Assembly: GCA_041739995.1 (NCBI GenBank)
Contig: JBGSMV010000023.1
Span: 1 to 42,574 of the forward strand
Direction: 5' to 3'
Origin: Bdellovibrionota bacterium
Lineage (GTDB): Bacteria; Bdellovibrionota_C; UBA2361; JBGSMV01
DNA length: 42,574 nucleotides
Of this stretch, positions 28,912 to 37,746 are shown in pieces. The translations under genes were made by a program, and so were the position numbers. The notes under the pieces were generated by a model. It was not told where the DNA came from. It searched no databases and saw nothing but the letters and a program-made list of their open reading frames with translations. Position 1 is the first letter of the stretch. Every line of letters starts with the position of its first letter.

Positions 28912-30195
28912 CTAAGCAAGTACGAACAACGCGGCCAAGCTTAGCAACAGCCCCATGCTCGCCACATCGGTCGCCGTAGTAAGGAAAATGCTCGATGCAG
29001 TGGCGGGGTCAAAGCCGAAGCGCTTCAAAGTCAGCGGCACCAACACTCCGCACACCCCGCTGATAAAGCAACTCATCGTCATTGCGACAAGCACCACTGC
29101 GCTCAGCTGAATCGCTTGGACGGTCTCTTTGTCGTGGGCCATGAAGAACATCCCAAGTGCCGCGACAAGCCCCACGAAAAATCCATTCATAGCCCCAAGC
29201 ACGGCTTCCTTTCTCACCACCCGCCAAAAGGCGCCGTCCTTATAATCTCCAAGCGTAATTCCTCTTAGCGTCACCGCAAGTGCTTGGCAGCCCGTGTTAC
29301 CGGACTGACCCGCAAGCACCGGGAGGAAGGCGGCAAGAATAACCAATTGATCAATGGTGTCTTGAAAGATGCTCACCACTAGTCCCGCAACAAAGGCGGT
29401 AATGAGGTTCAACTGTAACCAAGGATGTCTGAACCGAAAACTTCTTCCCCAAGAAGTGCCCAGCCGCTCCTCTTTTTCCACACCGACCATTTGCCCCGGT
29501 TGGGCACTGATTTCGAATGCCTGCGCCTCGAACAAACGGTACCCCCTCACCACTCCGACCAATGCGCCATTCCCATCGGTAACAGGATAAATGGGAAAAT
29601 GCTTGGTTACGACTTTGCGCATCGCGTCCGCAAGCGGCTCCTGCGGCGAAAGAGAAAACGGATTTTGCACCATCACCGACGATACCGGTGCGTTTCGATC
29701 TGCAAAAAGCAACTCACGCATCACCAGCACTCCCACTAGGCGCTTCTCAGCAGAAACGACGAACCCGTAGGTAACAAATTCTCGATGAATGATTGATTGA
29801 AGCGCATTAACCACTTCACCAACGGTCATATGCTCAGGAAACACGGCTTCAGTGGGATCCATAAATCGCCCCACTGTATTCTCGAGGTACTGCCGATTTG
29901 AATCCCATTGAACTCTAAGCGCTAAAGGCAAGGCACCCAGCATGGCTTGAGCCTCAGCCTCTGACCCCGCATCCAGAATTTCTAGAACTCGTGCAGACCC
30001 CAGCTGCTGAAGAACTCCTGCGACCTCCTCCGAAGACTGCCCAACAAGTGCGTCCATGGCCTCACGAGGGCCCATGCGCCCGAACCGTTCAATCGCCACT
30101 CGACTCATTTCAGCACGCGCATCTGCTCCCAAAATCTGAGAGGGGGGTGTGCCCGTCTGAATATGGACCTCTTGTTGTATCATTCTTGCTTCCAC
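28912..30195 (-). CDS. mgtE: Magnesium transporter MgtE
   Basis: 'YLENTVGRFM', CBS pair, then 'FRHPWLQLNL', 'AAFLPVLAGQSGNTGCQ', 'GFDPATASSIFLTTATDV' with the conserved pore Asp. Confidence 0.92.
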   Translation of the reverse strand: MEARMIQQEVHIQTGTPPSQILGADARAEMSRVAIERFGRMGPREAMDALVGQSSEEVAGVLQQLGSARVLEILDAGSEAEAQAMLGALPLALRVQWDSNRQYLENTVGRFMDPTEAVFPEHMTVGEVVNALQSIIHREFVTYGFVVSAEKRLVGVLVMRELLFADRNAPVSSVMVQNPFSLSPQEPLADAMRKVVTKHFPIYPVTDGNGALVGVVRGYRLFEAQAFEISAQPGQMVGVEKEERLGTSWGRSFRFRHPWLQLNLITAFVAGLVVSIFQDTIDQLVILAAFLPVLAGQSGNTGCQALAVTLRGITLGDYKDGAFWRVVRKEAVLGAMNGFFVGLVAALGMFFMAHDKETVQAIQLSAVVLVAMTMSCFISGVCGVLVPLTLKRFGFDPATASSIFLTTATDVASMGLLLSLAALFVLA

Positions 30196-30246
30196 CTAGC
30201 GGCTCCGTAAGTATGAGCGCTGCAACGGATTGTCACAGATTACTAA

Positions 30247-31764
30247 TTACTGCCCCGCTGCGCGCCTGATCCTGCGCTGCTCCGCATGTGCGCTACTGAG
30301 TGGGAGAACGTTAGAGCCCTGCTCACTCTCAACATCTCCACTCGCCTCGAATAATGCTGCTACGAAATCTTCAGGAGAGAAAGGTCGCAGGTCGGCCGGT
30401 GACTCTCCGACTCCGATATATCTCACCGGAATACCGAACTCCTCGGCAATTGCTACCACCACTCCGCCCTTAGGCGTGCCATCGAGCTTAGTAACTACCA
30501 AGCCCGTCAGAGGAGTAGCATCGTTAAACTCACGGGCCTGACTAATCGCATTCTGTCCAGTAGAACCATCGACAACCAATAGAGTCTCATGAGGGGCTCC
30601 TGTCTGGTGCCGAGAAATCGCATTGCGTACCCCTTCGAGCTCCTGCATCAAACTTAGCTTGGTTTGAAGCCTTCCGGCGGTATCAATCAACACCACATCA
30701 AACTGCTCTCGCCCTAATCTTTCCATTGCCTCAAATATGACTGTCTGTGGCTTCGCATTCTCTGCTCCAGTCACCACTGGGACGTTGAGGCGCTGCGCCC
30801 ACTCTGAAAGCTGAGCCACAGCGGCAGCCCTGAAAGTATCCGCCGCAACCAGCAATACCTTGGCTCCTTGCTGAGTGAGTTGATGAGCGAGCTTAGCCAC
30901 CGTCGTGGTTTTCCCGGCACCGTTTACGCCCACCACAAGCACTATCTTTGGATTATTAGTCACGCGCTCCGGGCTGATTTCTCGACTCTTGCCTTCGCTT
31001 CCTTTTCCTAGGATTTGAACTAAGGAACCCCGTACAAGTTCACGAAAGCGAGCTTCGTCTACCACCTGTCCACTTTGAAGTTCGGCGCGCGCTTTCACAA
31101 TAAGCGCCTCAACCGTCTTCGCTCCAAGATCAGATCCAATCAGAAGGGAACGTAGCTCCTCGATCGACTCCTCATCCAGAGCGGGCTTGGCTGAAAACAC
31201 TGACCGCAATCGATCAAAAAGCCCCTTTCTGGTCGCCTTCATACGAGAGGCAAGCGAGGCCGGCTTTTCGGGAGAGGCTTGCCTGGATGGTGTCTCGGTC
31301 GATGAGACTTGCAGCGCTTCACTGTGCGGAACTTCAGCCTGCGACGCTTCTGTGCTCTGCTGATTGATAAGAGGCTCGGCTGCGGTAGCTCCCGCATCCG
31401 CGGGTTCTCTTGAACTAGACCGCTCAGCGCGGTCTTGTTCAGCATTGACTTGCTGACTGGAAGCGGTCCCGCCTGCTTCAATCCGCATGCGCATCAGCTC
31501 AAGAGCACGAAGCGTCTCGGTGCGGAACTCACTTAAATTCTTGTCGAGACGCTCAAGGCGCCCGTTGATAGCATTGCCCTGATTTTCTGCGGGGTTCTCT
31601 CGCGCGTTCCTCGACGAGCTGGCGTCACCGCTGCGCCTGACAAAGGAACTGCGCAATGCGGCGAAGGCCGCGATAAAAGTGACCGCAGTTAATAGGAGCA
31701 CGGAGTCGTGAAGAGGGTTTCCAGTGATTGAAAGGTCGGCCAAGGAGAAGTCAGTTCCAAACAT
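30247..31764 (-). CDS. ftsY: Signal recognition particle receptor FtsY
   Basis: 'VGVNGAGKTTTVAKLA', 'AADTFRAAAVAQL', 'IDTAGRLQT', 'DGSTGQNA', 'TKLDGTPKGG', 'YIGVGE'. GGAGG before ATG 31764; N-terminal hydrophobic helix. Confidence 0.96.
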   Translation of the reverse strand: MFGTDFSLADLSITGNPLHDSVLLLTAVTFIAAFAALRSSFVRRSGDASSSRNARENPAENQGNAINGRLERLDKNLSEFRTETLRALELMRMRIEAGGTASSQQVNAEQDRAERSSSREPADAGATAAEPLINQQSTEASQAEVPHSEALQVSSTETPSRQASPEKPASLASRMKATRKGLFDRLRSVFSAKPALDEESIEELRSLLIGSDLGAKTVEALIVKARAELQSGQVVDEARFRELVRGSLVQILGKGSEGKSREISPERVTNNPKIVLVVGVNGAGKTTTVAKLAHQLTQQGAKVLLVAADTFRAAAVAQLSEWAQRLNVPVVTGAENAKPQTVIFEAMERLGREQFDVVLIDTAGRLQTKLSLMQELEGVRNAISRHQTGAPHETLLVVDGSTGQNAISQAREFNDATPLTGLVVTKLDGTPKGGVVVAIAEEFGIPVRYIGVGESPADLRPFSPEDFVAALFEASGDVESEQGSNVLPLSSAHAEQRRIRRAAGQ

Positions 31765-32015
31765 ACGCACCTCCATCAGAGTGCTGAAATACAAGGTCAG
31801 GCGCTCAGGTTGAATCTTTTCGACTCAATCTCTTCTGTACTGCGCGCAAAGCAAATCAACCCTAGCGTCAGAACACATGGCTGCGGAGTGTTGAAGAAGT
31901 CAGGAACTTCAACCCTCACCCAATGAGCTTAGCTAAGAAGCCCCAGGAACGGCACTGCTAGGCCAATCTGAGAAATAGCTCTGGGGAATTGTTCTATCAC
32001 CGTCGCCAAACAACG

Positions 32016-35000
32016 TCACGCAACGTGACGAACTGCCTCTTGCAGGGACACGGTGACCACGGTTGAAGCACCCGGCTGTTGCATAGTGACCCCAATTAAC
32101 TGGTCTGCCACGGTCATGGTTTGCTTGTTATGAGTCACTACAACGAACTGCGTCATGTGGCTCATGTCCTTAAGAAGACTAAGGAATCTCACCAAGTTGG
32201 CCTCGTCTAGCGGGGCATCAACCTCGTCCAGCACGCACAGCGGGCTTGGTCGCTCCATAAACATGGCGACGATTAAGGCGATAGCGCAAAGCGCCTTTTC
32301 GCCGCCTGACATAAGCTCGATGGATTTGAGCTTCTTTCCTGGAGGCCTGACCGAGATATCGATTCCAGACTCAAGTGGTCGATTAGGATCTGAGAGATCA
32401 AGCGAGGCCTTTCCTCCACCAAACAGCCGCGGAATCAAATTCGAGAAATTCCGCTTCACTGCCTTAAACGTCGACAAGAATCTCTGCTCAGAAGTCTCTC
32501 GCAACATTTCAATGGTGCGCGCAAGCGTTCGAGCCGCTGAAGTCAAATCTTCACGCTGAAGTGTCAACTCGGTAAGTCGAGCTTGTTCCTCTTCGAATCT
32601 TTGAATCGACGAGGTATCGACTTCGCCTTCTCGTGCAATTCGGGCGCGAATCTTTGCGACTTCTTCTGAGAGTTCCCGCTGCTCTTCTCGCGCAAGTCCC
32701 GCTTCGCCCAGGGACTCAGCCAGCGGAATCACATTCGAAGCCCAAAACTCTTCTCCATGATCGGTAAGCACGCGCAGCTCAAGCGCCGAGCGCTCAAGAC
32801 TGCTCTTCTCTATTTCCAACTCGGCACGCGACATCGCCGCTCGCACGCGTTCGCACTCATTCCTTGCCATCTGGAGCTGTTGAGCGATACGCCCAAGGCT
32901 CTCTCTAGTTGCAGATCTCTTGGCCTCAATCCCCTGCCACGACTGCCGTAACTCAAGCAGCTCAGCATTTAGATCATGAGCCTCACCTACGGCATCAGAA
33001 GCAGTGTCTAGCTGAGCAAGCTCAGCTTCGCGAACCGCTAGTTGCTCTTGAGCGCCCAGAATCTCTTGTTCAAATTGTGCTATCGACTGGTCACTACGCC
33101 CAAGATCTTGCTCTAACTGCGCCAAAACTCTTCGCTCTGACTGCAGTCTCCCGCGCACCGCGCCTTGTTGATTTGAAACCTCGCGAGCACGAACTTGCTG
33201 CCTTCGCGATTCAGCGAGCGCTTCTCCATGACGACGATCCGCCTCGACGATCTGCTCCTGCACTTCGGCACGGAATTGAACCAGACTTTGATACTGTGCT
33301 TCAAGCGCCACTATCTCTTCTCGAAGCGCTTCCGCTTCTCTCTGCAAACGGAGCACGCCCGTCTCGACTTTACCGGCGTATTCGTAACCATCTGAGGTAA
33401 TCAGCTCGCCTTGTGGAGTAACAAGGACCAGGTGGGAACTGGTTGAGCCTGAACTGATTGCGCCTGGACTGTTTGCGCCTAACTCCCTAAAAAACGCCAC
33501 AGCGGCTTCCGCTGAAGGTGCAAGAAATACCCCGCCCAACAGACGCGTAGCCACATCCATGAATCCAGCTTGCACTTCGACGAGACTAAGAAGTCCTGGA
33601 AACGGAACACCCTGGACGGCTGGCTCCTCAGACGACCCAGCCCTTTCCTTGGAGAATATAGCGACAGCCGGCAGTGGCGCATTGTGAGCGTTCCCCTTCT
33701 GGCCATAACGATTCTGTCCATTATCCTTCTGCCGACTATCAGCGGTGGGGCTCGCAACCAAAGCGCCGTAATCGCCGGCGATATCCAGCGCATCCGGCAC
33801 AAGCAGTGAGGAGAGCTTGTCACCCAAAGCGGCATGCACCGCTCGTTCGAGCTCCTCCGGAACTCGGAGTCCCGAGGTAAGCAAACTCGAAGAAGTGCCA
33901 AGGCGCTCAATTACCTCTCCAAGACGCTGCTCAGCACTCTTCGTGTCACTTGAAGCTTCAGTCTCAGAAAGAGAGAAACGTTTTGCTGAGCCACCGACAG
34001 AGAGCAAATCCTTCATGTGAGAGATAGGGGAGCTCGCTTCGATCTGTTCCGAAATCGTCTCAAGACGACTTTTGGCGGACACTAGCGCATCTCTCGATGA
34101 GCGAAATTGCTGCTCTTGAGTTGCAAGCTGAGCGCGCAAGGTCTTCAACTCGTCGGCAATCTGACGGACAAGATCATCAAAACCGCCGCCTATCTGGCCG
34201 AGCTCAGTAACTAACTCTGCATCACTGCGCTCAAGTTCTGAAATCGTTCGCTCGCTTTCTCCCTTTCGCTCAAAGAGCGTTGCACGACGATCACACTGCG
34301 CGTCGTGCTCTCGCCGAGCAGCATGGAGACGCGCAGTCATTTCAGTTACGCGAGAAACGCACTGGGCTCGCTTCTCGCTACGCAGCCGCAGCTCATCCGT
34401 GATCGAATCAATCTTACGCCGAATATCATCACCTTCGACGTCCGTTGAGAACGACAAACCACGAGCCTCTTGCTCCTCGGCCATGATTCTCTCGACCACC
34501 GCATTTGCTGAACGCTCAAGTTCCTGCTTCTCTTGCAGCTCTCGCTCGCGTTCTAAACGCTCACGATTGATCGCTGAAAACTCACCCGCAAAGAGGCGCT
34601 CTTCAACTACGACGATGCGATCCTTCAACTCCTGGCGAGACCTAGCGCGCGCGGCTTGCACACGCAAAGAGTTAACCTGGCGCTGCACTTCCTTGGCGAT
34701 ATCCTCAAGGCGCACGAGATTTTGGTTTGTTTCCTCCAGGCGCCGCGAAGCAGCACCGATCTTCTCTCTAAACCCAGCCACTCCCGCAGCTTCTTCAATA
34801 ATGAGGCGTCGCTCTTCGGGACGAGAAGTGACAATTCGTCCCACTTCACCTTGGGCAACAATCGTGTAGGCACGAGCGCCGATCCCGCAAAGACGGAAAA
34901 GTTCTTTGATATCCTTAAGACGACAGGCCACTCGGTTAATGAAAAACTCCGACTCCCCACTCCGATATAAACGCCGAGTAATTTGAACTTCCTGAACGTT

Positions 35001-35783
35001 CCTTAGCCAACCGAAGCGACCGAGCGCCTTTTTGGCATACTCTTCATCGCAGGCCTCGCCGACCTCATTCACATTCTCATCAATGGCGCTCGCTTCGCAG
35101 GAGCTCTCAAATGCTAAAGTCTGAGGGTCAACGTCCAGCTCTTGGTCTATAGCTACGGTAGATTCAGTGCCTGAATCATCAGCTGCATTGTTCCCCAGGG
35201 TGTTCCCTAGGGTGGTGGTGCCCCCCCCTTCAACGACAAGAAGTCCGGCGCCGGTTGAAGGCTCATCAGCCGCGCCATCTTGAAGCCCCTCTCTCTGGTC
35301 CTTATTTCCTGAAATGACTGTAAGCCGCGGTGCTCCCCCCGCCCTCTCTGAGCTAGTCGTTCCCATGCCGCCTTCTGCATTCCCGATCTCTTCGGCAGAA
35401 GAAGAGGAATCCCCCTCTTCCGACTCTGCGTCTTGGGTCGCTTCTTGATCTGCCACAATCGCGGCGAACTGATTCCCTTGCTTGGTAAGAGACGAAACAA
35501 TTTCAGAGAAAAAGTCCTGCCCTGCGGAACGCAGGCTAAGGGTGACTTCAGCCAATCCAAGTGGGCGAAGCTTGTCGGTGCCGTTAAAGATAACGTCTTC
35601 AAGAGTACCGCCTCGCAGCTGGCTGGCGCGCGTCTCTCCCAAAATCCATCTAATGGCGTCAACGATGTTGGATTTTCCACAACCATTTGGCCCTACTACT
35701 CCGGTAAAACCTACCTCGAGCGGAAGGGTTAGTTTTTCGAGGAAAGACTTGAATCCGAAGATTTCGAGACGGGTAACTCGCAT
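32016..35783 (-). CDS. smc: Chromosome segregation protein SMC
   Basis: 'GFKSF', Walker A GPNGCGKSN, 'EDVIFNG', 'ITRRLYRSGESEF', Q-loop 'VAQG', coiled coils, signature 'MSGGEK', Walker B 'VLDEVDAPLD', 'QFVVVTH'; smc-ftsY synteny. Confidence 0.96.
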   Translation of the reverse strand: MRVTRLEIFGFKSFLEKLTLPLEVGFTGVVGPNGCGKSNIVDAIRWILGETRASQLRGGTLEDVIFNGTDKLRPLGLAEVTLSLRSAGQDFFSEIVSSLTKQGNQFAAIVADQEATQDAESEEGDSSSSAEEIGNAEGGMGTTSSERAGGAPRLTVISGNKDQREGLQDGAADEPSTGAGLLVVEGGGTTTLGNTLGNNAADDSGTESTVAIDQELDVDPQTLAFESSCEASAIDENVNEVGEACDEEYAKKALGRFGWLRNVQEVQITRRLYRSGESEFFINRVACRLKDIKELFRLCGIGARAYTIVAQGEVGRIVTSRPEERRLIIEEAAGVAGFREKIGAASRRLEETNQNLVRLEDIAKEVQRQVNSLRVQAARARSRQELKDRIVVVEERLFAGEFSAINRERLERERELQEKQELERSANAVVERIMAEEQEARGLSFSTDVEGDDIRRKIDSITDELRLRSEKRAQCVSRVTEMTARLHAARREHDAQCDRRATLFERKGESERTISELERSDAELVTELGQIGGGFDDLVRQIADELKTLRAQLATQEQQFRSSRDALVSAKSRLETISEQIEASSPISHMKDLLSVGGSAKRFSLSETEASSDTKSAEQRLGEVIERLGTSSSLLTSGLRVPEELERAVHAALGDKLSSLLVPDALDIAGDYGALVASPTADSRQKDNGQNRYGQKGNAHNAPLPAVAIFSKERAGSSEEPAVQGVPFPGLLSLVEVQAGFMDVATRLLGGVFLAPSAEAAVAFFRELGANSPGAISSGSTSSHLVLVTPQGELITSDGYEYAGKVETGVLRLQREAEALREEIVALEAQYQSLVQFRAEVQEQIVEADRRHGEALAESRRQQVRAREVSNQQGAVRGRLQSERRVLAQLEQDLGRSDQSIAQFEQEILGAQEQLAVREAELAQLDTASDAVGEAHDLNAELLELRQSWQGIEAKRSATRESLGRIAQQLQMARNECERVRAAMSRAELEIEKSSLERSALELRVLTDHGEEFWASNVIPLAESLGEAGLAREEQRELSEEVAKIRARIAREGEVDTSSIQRFEEEQARLTELTLQREDLTSAARTLARTIEMLRETSEQRFLSTFKAVKRNFSNLIPRLFGGGKASLDLSDPNRPLESGIDISVRPPGKKLKSIELMSGGEKALCAIALIVAMFMERPSPLCVLDEVDAPLDEANLVRFLSLLKDMSHMTQFVVVTHNKQTMTVADQLIGVTMQQPGASTVVTVSLQEAVRHVA

Positions 35784-35933
35784 AGGTAGGTGCCAATTGA
35801 TTCTAATAGCCCTGCGTCTCTAGCTCTCCACCTGCGAGACCTAAAGGCAAGCCCAGGGCGCCACAATAACTTCAAGCACATTAAAGCAAATGGCAATCCA
35901 AGCAAAGAGGTATACCCGGCGGCTGGTATGCAA

Positions 35934-35965
35934 TTGGCGAGATTTTTGGCTAAATATCTCGCCAA
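35934..35965. promoter_or_regulatory. Inverted repeat between pgsA and smc (operator or terminator-like)
   Basis: TTGGCGAGAT (35934-35943) / ATCTCGCCAA (35956-35965) perfect arms, with further TTT/AAA pairing inside. Confidence 0.4.
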
Positions 35966-36004
35966 ATTTACGGGGAAGATTGAATACCTACACCCGCTGG
36001 GCCC

Positions 36005-36646
36005 TTAGGACCCCGGGACACCACCAGCCTGGCCTCCATTTTCCGCCTCTGGCTCTGCTGCGAGCCCCCCCGCAAACCCCGCAGCCCTAAACGCCTGCAT
36101 GGTGTACTCGTAGGCACCAACATAGGAAAAAAGAATGGAGAAAAGCAGAAGATACAGGCCTATCACCTGAGCGGTAAGCATTAATCCGAAGAACTCGAAA
36201 CGCGGACTGTGGAGCAAAAGGAACACGATCGCTACAATCTGCAGCACGTTTTTAATTTTCCCTGCGCTCTTGGCCGGAACTATTAACCCCTTGGTTGCGG
36301 AGACTCCTCGCATTCCCGTAATCCAAATCTCTCGCGCCAACACAAGAAAGACCATCCAACCCGGCACCCAGGGATCTCCGTACATGTCATCTCGAAGGCC
36401 GAGCAACATCACCAGAGCCGCCATTACCAGCAACTTATCGGCGAGTGGATCCAACAACTTTCCAAAATCTGAAACGGCGGCGTACCTACGAGCAATCGCC
36501 CCATCGAGGTAGTCGGTGAATGCCGCGCAAATAAAAACGGCTACGGCTAGTTTTGTGGTGAATGGAGTCGGGTCCAAAAGAAGAACGACAAAAAGCGGGA
36601 CCAGAAGAAGCCGCGCGAAGGTAATGTAGTTTGGTATGTTTCGCAC
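36005..36646 (-). CDS. pgsA: CDP-diacylglycerol--glycerol-3-phosphate 3-phosphatidyltransferase
   Basis: 'NIPNYITFARL', CDP-alcohol phosphotransferase motif 'TDYLDGAIARRY..VSDFGKLLDPLADK', 'AREIWITGMR', 'GKIK...Q'. Confidence 0.95.
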   Translation of the reverse strand: MRNIPNYITFARLLLVPLFVVLLLDPTPFTTKLAVAVFICAAFTDYLDGAIARRYAAVSDFGKLLDPLADKLLVMAALVMLLGLRDDMYGDPWVPGWMVFLVLAREIWITGMRGVSATKGLIVPAKSAGKIKNVLQIVAIVFLLLHSPRFEFFGLMLTAQVIGLYLLLFSILFSYVGAYEYTMQAFRAAGFAGGLAAEPEAENGGQAGGVPGS

Positions 36647-36868
36647 AATAGATCCTCGTAGACCTCACTCTTAGCCTACTTAGGCCCTCAGCGACAGACT
36701 GTCAGGGGCTTCTGCGCTGCGTCTCCCCTGCGCGCGAAAGAAAGGGAAAAGTCGGAGGTGGCCAGATCGGGCAACCTGCATTTTCAGCATCTTCCTGGGT
36801 GAACCAGTGAAGAGCCTCCGACTTTGATGGATCACGTCTGCCATCAATCAGGTTCAATCGCGTGCCGC

Positions 36869-37399
36869 TTAGGTAGTCATGATGAACACGGCACTCAAGC
36901 ACACCTCCGCAAGCAAAAGGGTCCAGAATGAGAGCCGCTCCTGAGTCTCCTGTCGCCCGAACCACAGTCTCTCGTGTTCGAGAGTGGGAAGCCAGGCAAT
37001 GGCAGCGGCCAAGCCAACGACGGCGCATGCCACAAGAACTCCGTGACGAGGCACGAACCCCCGCGTGTTCCAAGCAACCATCACCGCCAACACCACACCA
37101 AGGTGGGTAAGCATGGCGGCCAGGGCACCTGAGGCAGCAATCGCCACCACTACCGGCCCCGCCGAAGGTTCGGGCATATCCGACAAAGTCGGTGCTCCGG
37201 CAGTCAGTGCAGCTGTGCTCTGATGCTGAGCGGTTGAAGGCTGGTACAGCCTCCCACCCCTCAGAAATCGAAAGAGCCCCAGAAACGCCACCGCGAGAGG
37301 CACGAACGCGAAGCCCACCAGAACCAGCGAAGCGAGAAATCCATCGCCACGAGCGAGCCAAGCACCATACGACAGACCATCCTTGATCATCACAGACAC
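36869..37399 (-). CDS. Hypothetical integral membrane protein (~4 TM)
   Basis: AAGGAAAGGAG RBS at the start; four hydrophobic segments; same strand as neighbours; no family recognised. Confidence 0.6.
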   Translation of the reverse strand: MSVMIKDGLSYGAWLARGDGFLASLVLVGFAFVPLAVAFLGLFRFLRGGRLYQPSTAQHQSTAALTAGAPTLSDMPEPSAGPVVVAIAASGALAAMLTHLGVVLAVMVAWNTRGFVPRHGVLVACAVVGLAAAIAWLPTLEHERLWFGRQETQERLSFWTLLLAEVCLSAVFIMTT

Positions 37400-37425
37400 T
37401 CCTTTCCTTGGATTGAGAAATGAGA

Positions 37426-37494
37426 AAACCAGAATTCGACTTCAAGGCAGCCCCTAATAGGTGCGTAGCTGAACCTTCAAGTCGAACTCGGTTT
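37426..37494 (-). terminator. Long stem-loop with pyrimidine tail directly upstream of an RBS
   Basis: AAACC-A-GAATTCGACTTCAAGG-CAGC...GCTG-AA-CCTTCAAGTCGAACTC-GGTTT; on the minus strand it is followed by TCTCATTTCTC. Confidence 0.45.
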
Positions 37495-37746
37495 CACCTC
37501 TTCTCCGTGTCTATGCGCTTGCCTCGTATCACCCGACGACCGAGAAAACTCGTCTGAAAAAACCTCGCACAACCATTCGATCTGTTCCACCTCCGGTGAA
37601 TGCCTCATCACCGCAGGCGGAATAGTCGGTTATTTTTGAACGAATCGAGACGTTATTCAAATCGACCCCTCCGCCAGACCAGAAAAATCCAGAACGCAAT
37701 CAACTCGAATAGTTAGAGTATTGAGAAGGCGGAAAGTGTGGGCGCT

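Noticed and set aside
35019..35516. Intein in SMC
   Set aside because: No C/S-start block, no terminal HN-C/S/T and no LAGLIDADG motifs; the composition is low-complexity acidic.
36702..37445. 247 aa Cys/Arg-rich ORF
   Set aside because: Alternative-frame overlap of the 176 aa membrane-protein ORF, which has the RBS and protein-like composition.
37585..37622. Fluoride riboswitch (minus strand GGTGATGAGGCATTCACC)
   Set aside because: It resembles the 5' stem, but the downstream pseudoknot partner (TGATGxCCTC-like) is missing and no fluoride-related gene follows.
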